Source: Microcoleus sp. (GTDB lineage Bacteria > Cyanobacteriota > Cyanobacteriia > Cyanobacteriales > Microcoleaceae). From it: DNA of 64,000 bases. Positions 11,008 to 21,338 of this stretch are shown in pieces (position 1 is the stretch's first letter; the number at the start of each line of letters is the position of its first letter). The position numbers were made by a program, and so were the translations under genes. The DNA lies in assembly GCA_042408215.1 (NCBI GenBank), contig JAYFMW010000030.1:512001-576000 (forward strand), read 5' to 3'. Below the pieces are notes generated by a model, which did not search any database, was not told the DNA's origin, and saw only the letters and a list, made by a program, of their open reading frames with translations.

Positions 11008-12361
11008 GAAAGATATTTTAAAGGTGCCGATGTTTGCGTTGATGCTTTTGTGTTTTGCCGCGATCGCCTTTGTGACTATTTATATTTTAGTCGCCCGCCA
11101 TCGCAAATTTGCAGCCACCTTAGAAAAAATTTTTGTGGGGATACTTTTTTTTACCATCACTGGTGGTTCGGGGATCACGGCCATGCCCTTTACCAAACTC
11201 CATCCTAACATTTTCTACAACTTAGAAACTACACCCCCAACGATTATTGGTCAAATAGCCATTTATGGTGGCATGATCTTAATGTTATTTCCCCGCTTAA
11301 GTAAAACTACCAAAAACTTTGTTTATGTACTCATTAAATGGATCTCAGGAGACCCTTGTTTATGTTTGTTTTTGTTGCTGATGACTTGCTCTGGGTTGTG
11401 GTCACAAACTCCTGAAATGACTTGCCGGGCTATTTTTGCTATTTGGGGAGTAACACTGGTTTCTATTTATGTAGGAAAACAGTATACTTGGTTGGAAATT
11501 TATGGATTATTGAGATGGCTAACTGTTTTATTAGCTTTGTGGGGAGTGGTAAAAACAAATGCAGGTTCAGACGGTTGTTGGTCGGGAGTTTTAGGTCATA
11601 AAAACCCTTTTTCTTTTCAAATGGCTAATACGGCTTCTTTATGGATTTTATATGCTTTTAAGGAGCGTAAATATCGATATTTATCATTATTTATCACTTT
11701 AATAGCTTTAGTAGGATTGCAAAAAGGTTGTAGTGGAGCTAGTCGGATTTTGACGGTGATATTAATCAGTTTTTGGGTTTATTTAGGAGTTTTAAAAAGA
11801 TTACCTGTAAAATGGGCTTTTGTCTACTTTATCTTATTTTTGGTGGGCAGTATAGGTATGGGTATTTTGGTGTTAAATAATTTAGAGGCTATTGTTGTGG
11901 ATGGTTTGGGAAAAGATATGACTTTAACGGGTCGGACAGACTTTTGGCCTTTAATTATTGATCGAATTAATCAAAATAGTCCCATATTTGGTTATGGAGT
12001 GGTAGGATTTTGGCAGTCTTGGCGGGGCTTGGAAAACCCAGCTTACGGAATTATGGTAGCTAAATCCGGTTTTGTGCCACCCCACTCCCACAATGGTTTT
12101 ATTGATCTTCTTTGCCAACTGGGTTGGGGCGGCTTGTTGTTGTTTGTTGTGTCCTTTTTGAATAATATATTTAGAGGTGTAAAGTACATGACTCAAGAAA
12201 GTTTTCCAGAGTCTGCTTTGCCTTTGTATCTATTAACATTTATGCTCATGACTAATTTGACTGAGGGTGGATTATTTGGGGTTGGTACTTATTGGTGCTG
12301 GTATGTAGTTTTATCGGTAAAATTGAGCTTAGATACGACAGCGAAGAATAATCAACATTGA
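11006..12361 (+). CDS. O-antigen ligase/Wzy (ExoQ-like) polymerase family membrane protein
   Basis: Many TM helices; GVLGHKN, GKDMTLTGRTDFW, PPHSHNGFID motifs. Confidence 0.85.
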   Translation: MKDILKVPMFALMLLCFAAIAFVTIYILVARHRKFAATLEKIFVGILFFTITGGSGITAMPFTKLHPNIFYNLETTPPTIIGQIAIYGGMILMLFPRLSKTTKNFVYVLIKWISGDPCLCLFLLLMTCSGLWSQTPEMTCRAIFAIWGVTLVSIYVGKQYTWLEIYGLLRWLTVLLALWGVVKTNAGSDGCWSGVLGHKNPFSFQMANTASLWILYAFKERKYRYLSLFITLIALVGLQKGCSGASRILTVILISFWVYLGVLKRLPVKWAFVYFILFLVGSIGMGILVLNNLEAIVVDGLGKDMTLTGRTDFWPLIIDRINQNSPIFGYGVVGFWQSWRGLENPAYGIMVAKSGFVPPHSHNGFIDLLCQLGWGGLLLFVVSFLNNIFRGVKYMTQESFPESALPLYLLTFMLMTNLTEGGLFGVGTYWCWYVVLSVKLSLDTTAKNNQH

Positions 12362-12412
12362 TGATGTCAGCATTTGGTCAGGCGTATTAGGGAATCTTTA
12401 AACAGCATACGC

Positions 12413-12445
12413 AGAGCCCCGACTTCTTTAAGAAGTCGGGGCTCT
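12413..12445. terminator. GC-rich hairpin between convergent genes (REP-like, probable bidirectional terminator)
   Basis: AGAGCCCCGACTTCT-TTA-AGAAGTCGGGGCTCT; related copy at ~58440-58471. Confidence 0.6.
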
Positions 12446-12480
12446 AACAGCGATCGCGTTTTAAGTTGAATTAAGTGGGC

Positions 12481-14646
12481 TTACATAACATGACTCGAAC
12501 TTGTTTCACTCTCAACCTTTGCTTCCACCGGCCAAGGATTTTCAACTAAGAGAGTTGTTTTTGGCTGATAAACTGCCAAATCAAACCAGAAAGTCGTACC
12601 AACATTAACCTCACTAACTAAATTAATTTTAGTGTGGTGTTTATCAATAATGTTTCTGACAATAGAAAGACCTAAACCCGTTCCTTCTAAAGTATGAACT
12701 CGGTTTTCTACCCGGAAAAAACGCTCGAAAATTGCCTGTTGGTCTTCGGGATCTATGCCAATCCCAGTATCAGAAATTTCGATCCGCACCAGAGGCGAAT
12801 GTTGAGCAGCAGGTGACTGGTTGTATTTCCCGGAACCAGAGTCTTTGTGCTGCGTCGTTTCCGACTCTAGCACGTAAGCTCGAATAGATATCTGACCCCC
12901 GGATTCAGTAAATTTCAAGGCATTTCCGACCAAATTTGCCAACACTTGCAACAACAAATCATAATGACCTAAAACCGATGGCAAGTCCGGGTCAACCTCT
13001 TGATTCAGTTCAATCCCTTTATCCCTAGCATTCAACTGATAAGTCCGCAGGGTTTGTTCCACAGCTTGATGGAGGTCAACAGCGTCCAATTGATAAATTC
13101 GACAGGATTCCAGCCGTGACAAATCTAACACATCGTTAACTAAACGGGTGAGTCGATCGGTTTCTCGATTGGCAATTTCCAGGAATTCCCTGCGCTCGCT
13201 TTCTTGAAGGTCTTCTCCGTATTCGTAGAGAGTTTCAATAAAAGATTTGATATTAAACAAAGGCGTTCTCAATTCGTGAGAAATATTGCTGATAAAATTG
13301 CTTTTAGCTTCATTTAGTTCTACTTCGCGAGTGATGTCCTGCACAGTCATCGCAATGCCTTTAAGACTCTCGCGGTATTGCGATGCATCTGGATGTTTTG
13401 AGGTTTGTTCATAGAAAGTGCATTCCACAACCTCCGGCCGTTCGGAGTCGTTACAGGTATTTTCCTCGTCGCGGATGCAGCTTTTGCACAGCGATTCTGC
13501 TCCGGGCGCTTTATGGAGAATTACAGTAGTTAAAACAATCCGAATTGTGCGGTTTACAGGTTCCCTCATGGAGATCCGAAATTCGCCGCCTTCCCGATCG
13601 CCCGCCGCTATTTCCTGCAATGGTCTGGTCAAATCCTGCTGCACTTCCGGGGGCAAAATGTGCAGGAGATTAACTCCGATCGCATTTTTGCCTTCCCATC
13701 CAAAAATCCGTCTACCCGTCGGATTAACTAAAATCACCTGCAAATTCGCGTCTAATAAAAGCGCCCCATCAGCAATCGTTGAAACCAAAGTTTCTAACTT
13801 AGCTTTTTCCGCTGTTAGTTCTTCAATATTTTGTTCTTCATAACTTTCCAGTTTCTGAGCCATCTCATTGAAACTACCAATCAACTCGCCCAATTCTCCA
13901 CCCAAAGGCAAGTCTACTCGCTGCTTAAAATTTCCAGTGGCAATGTTTTTGACTCCCAAAACTAATTGTTTAATTGGTTGAGTAATTGTCAGCGCATTAA
14001 ATACAGCTCCCAAAATTACCATGACCCAAATTGTGACAAATACGGCTAAAGTGACATCTCTAGTCAAATTTGAAGAGATGACAGCAGCCGGATTGGGATT
14101 AATCCCGATCGCCAAAACTCCCAAATATTTGTCTTCATGAATTAAGGGAACAAATACATCAGTGACTTCTCCGTCAGGAGTCAAGTGCTGCCGCACCAAA
14201 GGCAAAGAAGTTAAATTTCTCGCCTCAATATCGGCGAGAAAATTATCAGGGAGTTTAATCTGACGGCGCAGAGTCAAGGAAGTTTGCACCTCCGATTCCG
14301 AAAAAGGTATCCCCAGGAAAATATCCCCCGCTTCGTCGGCGTAGAGCATATAGCGGACGCTAGAGGTGCTGCTATAAAATTGACGGGAAAAGCGAGCCAC
14401 TTCTGAGCGATCGTTTTTCGCAATCAGCGGAGCCACATTAGCCGATAACAGCAGACCCAGGTCACGACCGTAGCGGGTATCATTAAGTCTGGCGTCTTGT
14501 TGGATAGTATTGACGGCCCAGAAGGTCAGACCGCTCATAATTAACGAGACTACGAGGGTAGCACCGGCCATCAGGCGAGTCTGGAGGGTAAACTCCGACC
14601 ACCAGCGGGCAATGATTTCTCCGATTTTGTTTAGTATGGCCAACAT
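12481..14646 (-). CDS. nblS: Multi-stress sensor histidine kinase Hik33/NblS/DspA
   Basis: WWSEFTLQTRLM N-terminus; TM-HAMP-PAS-HisKA (SHELRTPLFNIKS)-HATPase (RVENRVHTLEGTGLGL); adjacent to purD. Confidence 0.93.
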   Translation of the reverse strand: MLAILNKIGEIIARWWSEFTLQTRLMAGATLVVSLIMSGLTFWAVNTIQQDARLNDTRYGRDLGLLLSANVAPLIAKNDRSEVARFSRQFYSSTSSVRYMLYADEAGDIFLGIPFSESEVQTSLTLRRQIKLPDNFLADIEARNLTSLPLVRQHLTPDGEVTDVFVPLIHEDKYLGVLAIGINPNPAAVISSNLTRDVTLAVFVTIWVMVILGAVFNALTITQPIKQLVLGVKNIATGNFKQRVDLPLGGELGELIGSFNEMAQKLESYEEQNIEELTAEKAKLETLVSTIADGALLLDANLQVILVNPTGRRIFGWEGKNAIGVNLLHILPPEVQQDLTRPLQEIAAGDREGGEFRISMREPVNRTIRIVLTTVILHKAPGAESLCKSCIRDEENTCNDSERPEVVECTFYEQTSKHPDASQYRESLKGIAMTVQDITREVELNEAKSNFISNISHELRTPLFNIKSFIETLYEYGEDLQESERREFLEIANRETDRLTRLVNDVLDLSRLESCRIYQLDAVDLHQAVEQTLRTYQLNARDKGIELNQEVDPDLPSVLGHYDLLLQVLANLVGNALKFTESGGQISIRAYVLESETTQHKDSGSGKYNQSPAAQHSPLVRIEISDTGIGIDPEDQQAIFERFFRVENRVHTLEGTGLGLSIVRNIIDKHHTKINLVSEVNVGTTFWFDLAVYQPKTTLLVENPWPVEAKVESETSSSHVM

Positions 14647-14809
14647 TTCACCAGTTAAAATTTAAAAGCAGAATTAATTAAGTTAGCTTTTCCTCAGATT
14701 TTGTACAGTGAATGAGTGCACTGCCGCCACCGCAAAGATGCCAGATTTATTGTGACACTTCTACTTTGAGATTGGTTTGCTTTTGGATGGCGGGCGCGGA
14801 TAGTAATTC

Positions 14810-16093
14810 CTAATTTTTGTCTGCCAAAGCTCGGCGGCCGATGTCGCGGCGACAGTAGACCCCTTCAAATTCAATACAATCTACAGCCTCGTAGGCTTTA
14901 GCAATAGCTTGTTCCAAAGTTTCTCCCGCAGCGGTGACGCCCAAAACCCGGCCGCCGTCCGTCACTAACTGCTGCTGCTTCAACTGGGTGCCGGCATGAA
15001 AGACTTGCGCTCCTTTGGCTTCGGCTTCCTCGATGCCTGTAATAGTTTTGCCTTTTTGGTAATTTCCAGGATAACCGCCAGAGGCCAAAACTACGCAAAC
15101 TCCGGCCCCGGACTTCCAGCGAATGTTGGAAAAATCTCCCAAACGCTGCTTACAGCAGGCTAGCAGTAAATCTTCGAGGGGGGTTTCCAGCAGGGACAAA
15201 ACAGCCTGGGTTTCGGGATCTCCGAAGCGGCAGTTGAATTCTAAGACTTTGGGTTCTCCTTCGGCTGTAATCATTAAACCTGCGTAGAGTACGCCCCGGT
15301 AGTCGATTTTGCGTTTTTGCAAAGCTGCGAGGGTGGGTTCGAGAATTTCTGTTTGAATCCTTTCCATCAGCTCTGGGGTGACAATGGGTGCTGGTGCGTA
15401 GGCTCCCATGCCACCCGTGTTGGCTCCTTTGTCGCCTTCGCCGATGGCTTTGTGGTCTTGGGCTGGCAGCAGGGGTTCTACTGTGATGCCGTCGGTGAGG
15501 GCGAGAATCGAGACTTCTTGACCTGTTATATATTCTTCGACTACGACTCGGATGTTGTCGGTGCCGAATTCGCCACGAAAAATGGTGTTGATGGCGGTGT
15601 GAGCCATTTTGACGGTGGTGGCAACGGTGACTCCTTTGCCTGATGCGAGTCCGTCTGCTTTGATGACTATTGGGGAGCCTTGTTCCACAACGTATGCTTT
15701 GGCTGCTTCTGCGTTTGTAAATACGGCTGCTTTGGGCGTTGGGATGCCTGCTTCGAGCATCAATTCTTTGGCCCAGGATTTGCTCGACTCAATTTGGGCT
15801 CCGGCTTTGGTGGGGCCGAAAATCATCAGTTTTTTCTTTTGGAAGTAGTCAACGATGCCTAGTGATAGGGGCAATTCGGGGCCGACGATGACAAGTCCGA
15901 TGTTGTTGACCATCACAAAGCGTTCCATGCCTTCGAAGTCGTCGATGTTGAGTGGCAAATTTTGGCAGCCTTTGGTGGTAGCTGTGCCGCCGTTGCCTGG
16001 TACGCAGAAGACTTGTTTAATCCGCGTTGATTCTAGCAGTTTTTTTGCGATCGCGTGTTCGCGACCTCCGTTCCCCACAACCAAAACTTTCAC
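14810..16093 (-). CDS. purD: Phosphoribosylamine-glycine ligase
   Basis: GNGGREHA, KADGLASGKGV, QDHK, NTGGMGAY, EFNCRFGDPETQ. Confidence 0.97.
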   Translation of the reverse strand: MKVLVVGNGGREHAIAKKLLESTRIKQVFCVPGNGGTATTKGCQNLPLNIDDFEGMERFVMVNNIGLVIVGPELPLSLGIVDYFQKKKLMIFGPTKAGAQIESSKSWAKELMLEAGIPTPKAAVFTNAEAAKAYVVEQGSPIVIKADGLASGKGVTVATTVKMAHTAINTIFRGEFGTDNIRVVVEEYITGQEVSILALTDGITVEPLLPAQDHKAIGEGDKGANTGGMGAYAPAPIVTPELMERIQTEILEPTLAALQKRKIDYRGVLYAGLMITAEGEPKVLEFNCRFGDPETQAVLSLLETPLEDLLLACCKQRLGDFSNIRWKSGAGVCVVLASGGYPGNYQKGKTITGIEEAEAKGAQVFHAGTQLKQQQLVTDGGRVLGVTAAGETLEQAIAKAYEAVDCIEFEGVYCRRDIGRRALADKN

Positions 16094-16287
16094 AGTATCC
16101 TCACCTATAATTTTTTTGCCTGAATGGCCACTTTGCAGTGTTTGTACTTATCTATCTGTTTTTTGCACTGCTGTCAATTATGCCATGCTTGGCGCTAGGG
16201 AATGGCTAGATGTGGCACTTGTCTCGACGGGCGGGGCTTTGCTGCTGTTTGGCAATGGCTCAGCTTGTCCCATGATTAGATGTTTTT

Positions 16288-17653
16288 TTGACACTCCCGG
16301 GCGTGAACGCGCGGGGATTCTTGGTTCAACCAGTCAACTTGCCCGTTGATGTCACCACCAGCGAGTAGAGGTCGGTCTGTCCCCAAGCGTTAATTCCGGT
16401 GTGCCCCACCGTATTTAAATTAATTCCAGCACGGGCTTTCAATCCGAGAGCCAAAATATTCAAAGCTGCATTACGATCGCGATCTAAAACTGCACCGCAA
16501 CTGCAAACATGAGTCCTAACTGAAAGCGATTTCTTAACTAGATTCCCACAACTTGAACAATCTTGGGAAGTGTACTGAGGAGCAACAGCAATTACCGTTT
16601 TACCGTACACTTTCCCAAAATATTGCAACCACTGGGCAAATTGTGACCATGCTGCATCGCTAATAGATTTAGCAAGTTTATGGTTTTTAACCATATTTCT
16701 CACTTGAAGATTTTCGGAGGCTACGAAATCGCTAGATTTCACTACGCACAACGCCGTCTTGATGGCAAATTCTTTGCGTTGCCTACTGACTTTTAGGTGT
16801 TTCCTTCCTAACTTATTGATGGCTTTCTTGCGATTACTGGAACCTTTCTTTTTCCGAGAAACTCGTTTCTGCAATCGCTTTAAAGCTCTTTCACTTTTAC
16901 GCAAATGCCGAGGATTCGGAACTGTTTCTCCGCTACTATCGGTAGAGAAATGGTTTAAACCTACATCTATTCCAATAGCAATACCAGTAGGAATAGATGC
17001 CTCTGTCCGTTCCACGTTAATACAGAACTGAGCGTAGTAACCGTCGGCACGACGAATTACTCTGATTCGCTTGATTTCCTTGGGTGCATAGAAATGCAAA
17101 TCTCGACTACCGAGTAATCTGAAGGTTCCAGCAGCAAAACCATCCGTGAAAGTCAGGCATCTTTTGTCGGTGGAAAGTGCCCATCCTGATGTTTTGTATT
17201 CTACCGAACGGGTATGCTTTTTGAATTGTGGATCTCCTTTTTTCCCTGGCTTCTTAGCTTGGCAATTAGCGAAGAAACGTTGGATAGCAAAAATTGTCCG
17301 TTGGGCCATCGCCTGACGCGCCATTGAGTTAAGTTTACCTGCCCATTCAAACTCTGAGGCCATGATGGCGCATTGTTTGTAGAGAGCGGACAATTTAACT
17401 CCGGAATTGTCGAGCCAAGATCTGAGAGCTTTGTTTCGGACAAACTGAGCTGTGCGGATCATTTCGTCTACGATCCGGTATTGCTGTGGCTTGTTTTTTA
17501 ACTTAAACTCTAGTACAATCATGGAATAATTCTATCACGTTTACGAGCAGGTGTTGCTATAAATCGACTATTTCAAGAATCTTTACACTCGAATTAAAGC
17601 CGTCCTATAAGGACGGGGCTTTAGCCCTGCGCTTCGCTCCGCCCAGTTTTTTG
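16288..17653 (-). mobile_element. IS200/IS605-family (IS1341-type, TnpB-only) element
   Basis: Minus strand: TTAC|CAAAAAACTGGG left end with AAAGCCCCGTCCTTATAGGACGGCTTT hairpin; right end GAATCCCCGCGCGTTCACGCCCGGGAGTGTCAA. Confidence 0.8.
16326..17522 (-). CDS. tnpB: RNA-guided endonuclease TnpB
   Basis: RuvC GIDVG / ENL / DRDRNAA, Zn finger CSSC...CSC. Confidence 0.92.
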   Translation of the reverse strand: MIVLEFKLKNKPQQYRIVDEMIRTAQFVRNKALRSWLDNSGVKLSALYKQCAIMASEFEWAGKLNSMARQAMAQRTIFAIQRFFANCQAKKPGKKGDPQFKKHTRSVEYKTSGWALSTDKRCLTFTDGFAAGTFRLLGSRDLHFYAPKEIKRIRVIRRADGYYAQFCINVERTEASIPTGIAIGIDVGLNHFSTDSSGETVPNPRHLRKSERALKRLQKRVSRKKKGSSNRKKAINKLGRKHLKVSRQRKEFAIKTALCVVKSSDFVASENLQVRNMVKNHKLAKSISDAAWSQFAQWLQYFGKVYGKTVIAVAPQYTSQDCSSCGNLVKKSLSVRTHVCSCGAVLDRDRNAALNILALGLKARAGINLNTVGHTGINAWGQTDLYSLVVTSTGKLTG

Positions 17654-18122
17654 GTAAGAATCGTATGGATAGGGGCAACCACGGGGCCAAGATCCCCTAC
17701 AAAACGCTATATGTAGATGCTGTGCTTCCAGGACTGAATTAGAGGCTTTCGCAGCTCCAGGATTCTGCGGTTATTCCTTAAATCAATACTTTTATTTAAC
17801 TTGTTGCTGGTTGATTAATTCTGTAATTACTCTCACAGTCCTGGACGCATTTCAACTTACATCTTGCACCCAGATCCATCGCAGACTCTCGCGCGGGGTA
17901 GGGGCGGGTTTATTTAACCTGTCTGCATTCTTTAAAGCTCAAGAGTGAACCCGCCCCTTGTATCTTAAAAGAGGTAGATTGCGATTTACTGTTGGGTGGG
18001 GGCGGGTTTATTGCGATTTTTGGTACTTGTTATATATTGTTGGTGAACCCGCCCCTACAGGATATTCATTGCGGTACTTTTTGCTATAAAATAGTCTGGT
18101 TAACCTAATTAAAATTACTCAG

Positions 18123-19295
18123 ATGAAATCAAGTCAAACCGCTGCTAATCCGTCTTCCAAAATTCAGCGGGTGGGTGTTGTCGGCGGCGGTCAACTAGCT
18201 TGGATGATGGGGGCTGCTGCTAGTAGGCTGGGTATTGAATTGGTGGTGCAAACTCCCCATGCTACTGACCCGGCAACTGTGATTGCTGCCGATCCTGTTT
18301 TGGCGGCAGTTGATGATGTTAATGCTACTGCTGAATTGGCCGATCGCTGCGATGTTATTACTTTTGAAAATGAGTTTGTTGATTTGGATGGTTTGCGAAC
18401 ACTAGAAAAGCAAGGTGTTTTATTTCAGCCGAGTTTGTCGTCGCTTTATCCTTTGTTGGATAAGTACGTCCAGCGCTGTTATTTGCGAGATTTGGGTTTG
18501 CCAACTCCGAGGTTTTGGGAATGGGATTGTGGCCAGGATTTGCCGATTGACTTTCCGTTTGTTGTCAAGGTGCGCCGCCACGGTTATGACGGTCAAGGTA
18601 CTTTTATTGTGAAAGATTCGGCGAGTTTTGAGTCAATTTGTGTTAAGCTTAAAGGTCTGGCTTTGTTGGTGGAAGAATTTGTGCCTTTCGATCGCGAGTT
18701 GGCTGCGATCGTGGCTCGATCGGCAAATGGTGAAATTGCAATTTATCCGATCGTCGAAACTCAGCAAGAAAATCAGGTTTGTCGCCTGGTGATTGCGCCG
18801 GCCCAGATTAGTTTAGAGGTGAAAGCTGAAGCTGAGGCGATCGCCCGCACTCTCCTGAATAGCTTACAAGCTGTCGGCGTATTCGGCATTGAACTATTTT
18901 TAACCGCCGACAATCAACTATTGGTAAATGAAATTGCACCCCGCACCCACAATTCGGGACACTTTACCATAGATGCTTGCGAAACTTCACAATTTGAACA
19001 ACATTTGCGCGCAGTTTGTCAACTGCCTTTAGGCAATTGCGATCTAAATTCTGCTGGTGCTGTCATGGTAAATTTACTTGGCTATGAGTCGGCTGAGTCT
19101 GATTATTTAGACAAACGAAAACAACTGGCACAAATCGATGGTGCTTTTGTGCATTGGTATGGTAAGAAAGCATCGCGTCCCGGCCGCAAACTGGGTCACG
19201 TTACTGTTTTGCTGGATGAGGAAGCGGTGGAAAATGGACGATCGCCAGCACAGGCGATCGCTCGAACCGTTGAATCTATCTGGCGTGCAACTTAA
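18123..19295 (+). CDS. purK: N5-carboxyaminoimidazole ribonucleotide synthase
   Basis: GGGQLAWMM, ITFENE, GYDGQG, NEIAPRTHNSGH, RPGRKLGHVT. Confidence 0.96.
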   Translation: MKSSQTAANPSSKIQRVGVVGGGQLAWMMGAAASRLGIELVVQTPHATDPATVIAADPVLAAVDDVNATAELADRCDVITFENEFVDLDGLRTLEKQGVLFQPSLSSLYPLLDKYVQRCYLRDLGLPTPRFWEWDCGQDLPIDFPFVVKVRRHGYDGQGTFIVKDSASFESICVKLKGLALLVEEFVPFDRELAAIVARSANGEIAIYPIVETQQENQVCRLVIAPAQISLEVKAEAEAIARTLLNSLQAVGVFGIELFLTADNQLLVNEIAPRTHNSGHFTIDACETSQFEQHLRAVCQLPLGNCDLNSAGAVMVNLLGYESAESDYLDKRKQLAQIDGAFVHWYGKKASRPGRKLGHVTVLLDEEAVENGRSPAQAIARTVESIWRAT

Positions 19296-19344
19296 ATTGC
19301 TCGAAGCTTGCCAAAATCTAGTTAGTTGCTGTATATTGAATAAA

Positions 19345-19532
19345 GGTTCCACTGCGACGTTGGTGACTGCCAATAATGTTTTTTTGATCTATAACTCTTA
19401 ACTCTAGGGAATCAAGATGTTTGGACAGCAGTAAACTGGGCTTGTACCCAGAAACTTTAAGTCCGAGCCAACGGTGCCCACCTGGTAAAATACCAGGTCA
19501 AAAGCTGAGGTAAGACGGCGTTGCGGGGAGCC
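19345..19532 (+). ncRNA. ssaA: 6S RNA (cyanobacterial SsaA)
   Basis: ~188 nt directly downstream of purK (known cyanobacterial synteny); 5' GGTTCCACTGCGACGTT pairs with 3' GGCGTTGCGGGGAGCC; -10-like TATATT at 19332-19337. Confidence 0.85.
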
Positions 19533-19590
19533 ATTAAAAAAATTGATTGAGATAGGCGCTGTGAAATATGGCTAGCCTATTTTTTTTGTT

Positions 19591-19900
19591 TAATAGGGCA
19601 TAGGGAATAGGGCATAGGGAATAGGGCATAGGGAATAGGGCATGGGGCATGGGGCATGGGGCATGGGGCATGGGGAATAGGGCATGGGGCATGGGGAATA
19701 GGGCATGGGGAATAGGGCATTGGGAATAGGGCATTGGGAATAGGGCATTGGGAATGCATAAACTCAACTAACAAATAACAAATAACAAATAACAAATAAC
19801 AAATAACAAATAACAAAGATGGGAATAATGGGAATTGGGAATTGGGAATTGGGAATTGGGAATTGGGAATTGGGAATTGGGAATTGGGAATTGGGAATTG
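19591..19900. repeat. Stacked heptamer STRR arrays (GGGCATG/GGGAATA, AACAAAT, TGGGAAT)
   Basis: Visible tandem arrays; they generate the spurious MPHAP/YLLFVIC/PIPNSQF ORFs. Confidence 0.92.
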
Positions 19901-20125
19901 GTGATTTCATAATTGCTTGTTGCTTGTTGCTTCTTGCTTGTTGCTTCTTGCTTTGCACCACAGAGGGACAGACGATCGTACAATAGGATCTCCCCACGCG
20001 GGCGATCGCCCATCCTGTATATTGCCCCAAATAAATGCAGTGCCGCCCCCAACCCGCAAAGCCCGCTTGCAGAAAGCACCAAAAATGTGATATGTTTGGA
20101 TATTGTGTCCAAATAACACCAATCC

Positions 20126-20323
20126 ATGCCAAAACTCAAAACTCGCAAAGCAGCCGCAAAGCGCTTTAGAGCGACCGGCACCGGTAAAATTGTGCGCCGC
20201 AAAGCTTACAAAAGCCACTTGCTCTCTCACAAAAGTTCAGCCCGCAAAAGCCGCTTATCTAAATTGGTCGTCATTGATGAGACCAACGACGCTAACGTGC
20301 GGTTAATGCTTCCATACTTGTAA
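20126..20323 (+). CDS. rpmI: 50S ribosomal protein L35
   Basis: [14 protein letters not shown]...LMLPYL. Confidence 0.97.
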   Translation: MPKLKTRKAAAKRFRATGTGKIVRRKAYKSHLLSHKSSARKSRLSKLVVIDETNDANVRLMLPYL

Positions 20324-20342
20324 AGTTTAACGGAAATTAAAG

Positions 20343-20699
20343 ATGACACGGGTAAAACGCGGTAACGTCGCTAGAGGACGCCGCAAAAAAATTCTCAAAT
20401 TAGCCAAGGGATTCCGAGGCGCACAGTCCAAACAGTTCCGCACAGCTAACCAGCGGGTGATGCAGGCTTTGCGTAACGGTTATCGCGATCGCAAAAAACG
20501 CAAACGCGATTTCCGCCGCCTGTGGATTGCTCGGATTAATGCCGCATCGCGCCAGCACGGCACGAGTTACAGCCAACTCATCGGCAACATGAAGAAAGCC
20601 AATATCGAAATCAACCGCAAAATGCTGGCACAAATGGCAATCATTGACCCGGCAACATTTGGTAAAGTCGTGGAAATGGCCAATCGAGCCAAAGCGTGA
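20343..20699 (+). CDS. rplT: 50S ribosomal protein L20
   Basis: [11 protein letters not shown]...[14 protein letters not shown]. Confidence 0.97.
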   Translation: MTRVKRGNVARGRRKKILKLAKGFRGAQSKQFRTANQRVMQALRNGYRDRKKRKRDFRRLWIARINAASRQHGTSYSQLIGNMKKANIEINRKMLAQMAIIDPATFGKVVEMANRAKA

Positions 20700-21110
20700 A
20701 AACTTGAGCAGTTTTCAGAAGTCAGAAATTTGTAGGGGTAATCTCTGGTGAAAACCCCCTACTTTAGGCGATGTTGCATAAGTCTTAAATGATCCCGCTA
20801 TCTGCCAGAGAAGGAAGACTGTTCTGATTAATCTAGAAGCAGGATACCAACTTTCCTTCTTGGTTCTTACTTCTGGCTTCTGGCTGTTTCAAAATTGGCT
20901 CCTGGGCAATTGCGATCGCCATTTTCCCGCTTTTCCCGCTTTTTGTAAAATTTCACAGGCTCGCCCGATCGCGATTCCTAACGAATTAAAATAAAGAAAA
21001 GCTTCCACATATAGCAAACCCGATCGGTTCCACCGGACGTTATTAATTGCTGAAATCATTGCGGGAAATTGCCCGATCGCATCGACTTCTTGCTTCTTGC
21101 TTCTTGCTTC

Positions 21111-21311
21111 TTCCTGACATCCGTTACATCCGTTACATCCGTTACATCCGTTACAGAATCCGTTGCCGAACTGCCTTCTTCCTGACATCCGTTACATCCG
21201 TTACATCCGTTACATCCGTTACAGAATCCGTTGCCGAACTGCCTTCTTCCTGACCGGCGTTACATCCGTTACATCCGTTACAGAATCCGTTGCCGAACTT
21301 GCTTCTTCCTT
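21111..21311. repeat. Higher-order tandem repeat: 68-bp unit with (ACATCCGTT)x4, three copies
   Basis: CCTGAC at 21113, 21181 and 21249; third copy shortened. Confidence 0.9.
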
Positions 21312-21338
21312 CGGCTATACCTACCTAATTTAAAAAAC

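Noticed and set aside
14898..16349. Alternative-frame and antisense ORFs over purD (and similar shadows over other long genes)
   Set aside because: Shadow ORFs of conserved genes without independent motifs
19534..20230. Several minus-strand ORFs with MPHAP/YLLFVIC/PIPNSQF repeats
   Set aside because: Produced by heptamer STRR arrays and antisense to rpmI
21111..21311. Possible CRISPR or repeat-protein ORFs (IRYIRY, SVTSVT, CNGCNG)
   Set aside because: Simple nested tandem repeat; the ORFs are translation artefacts
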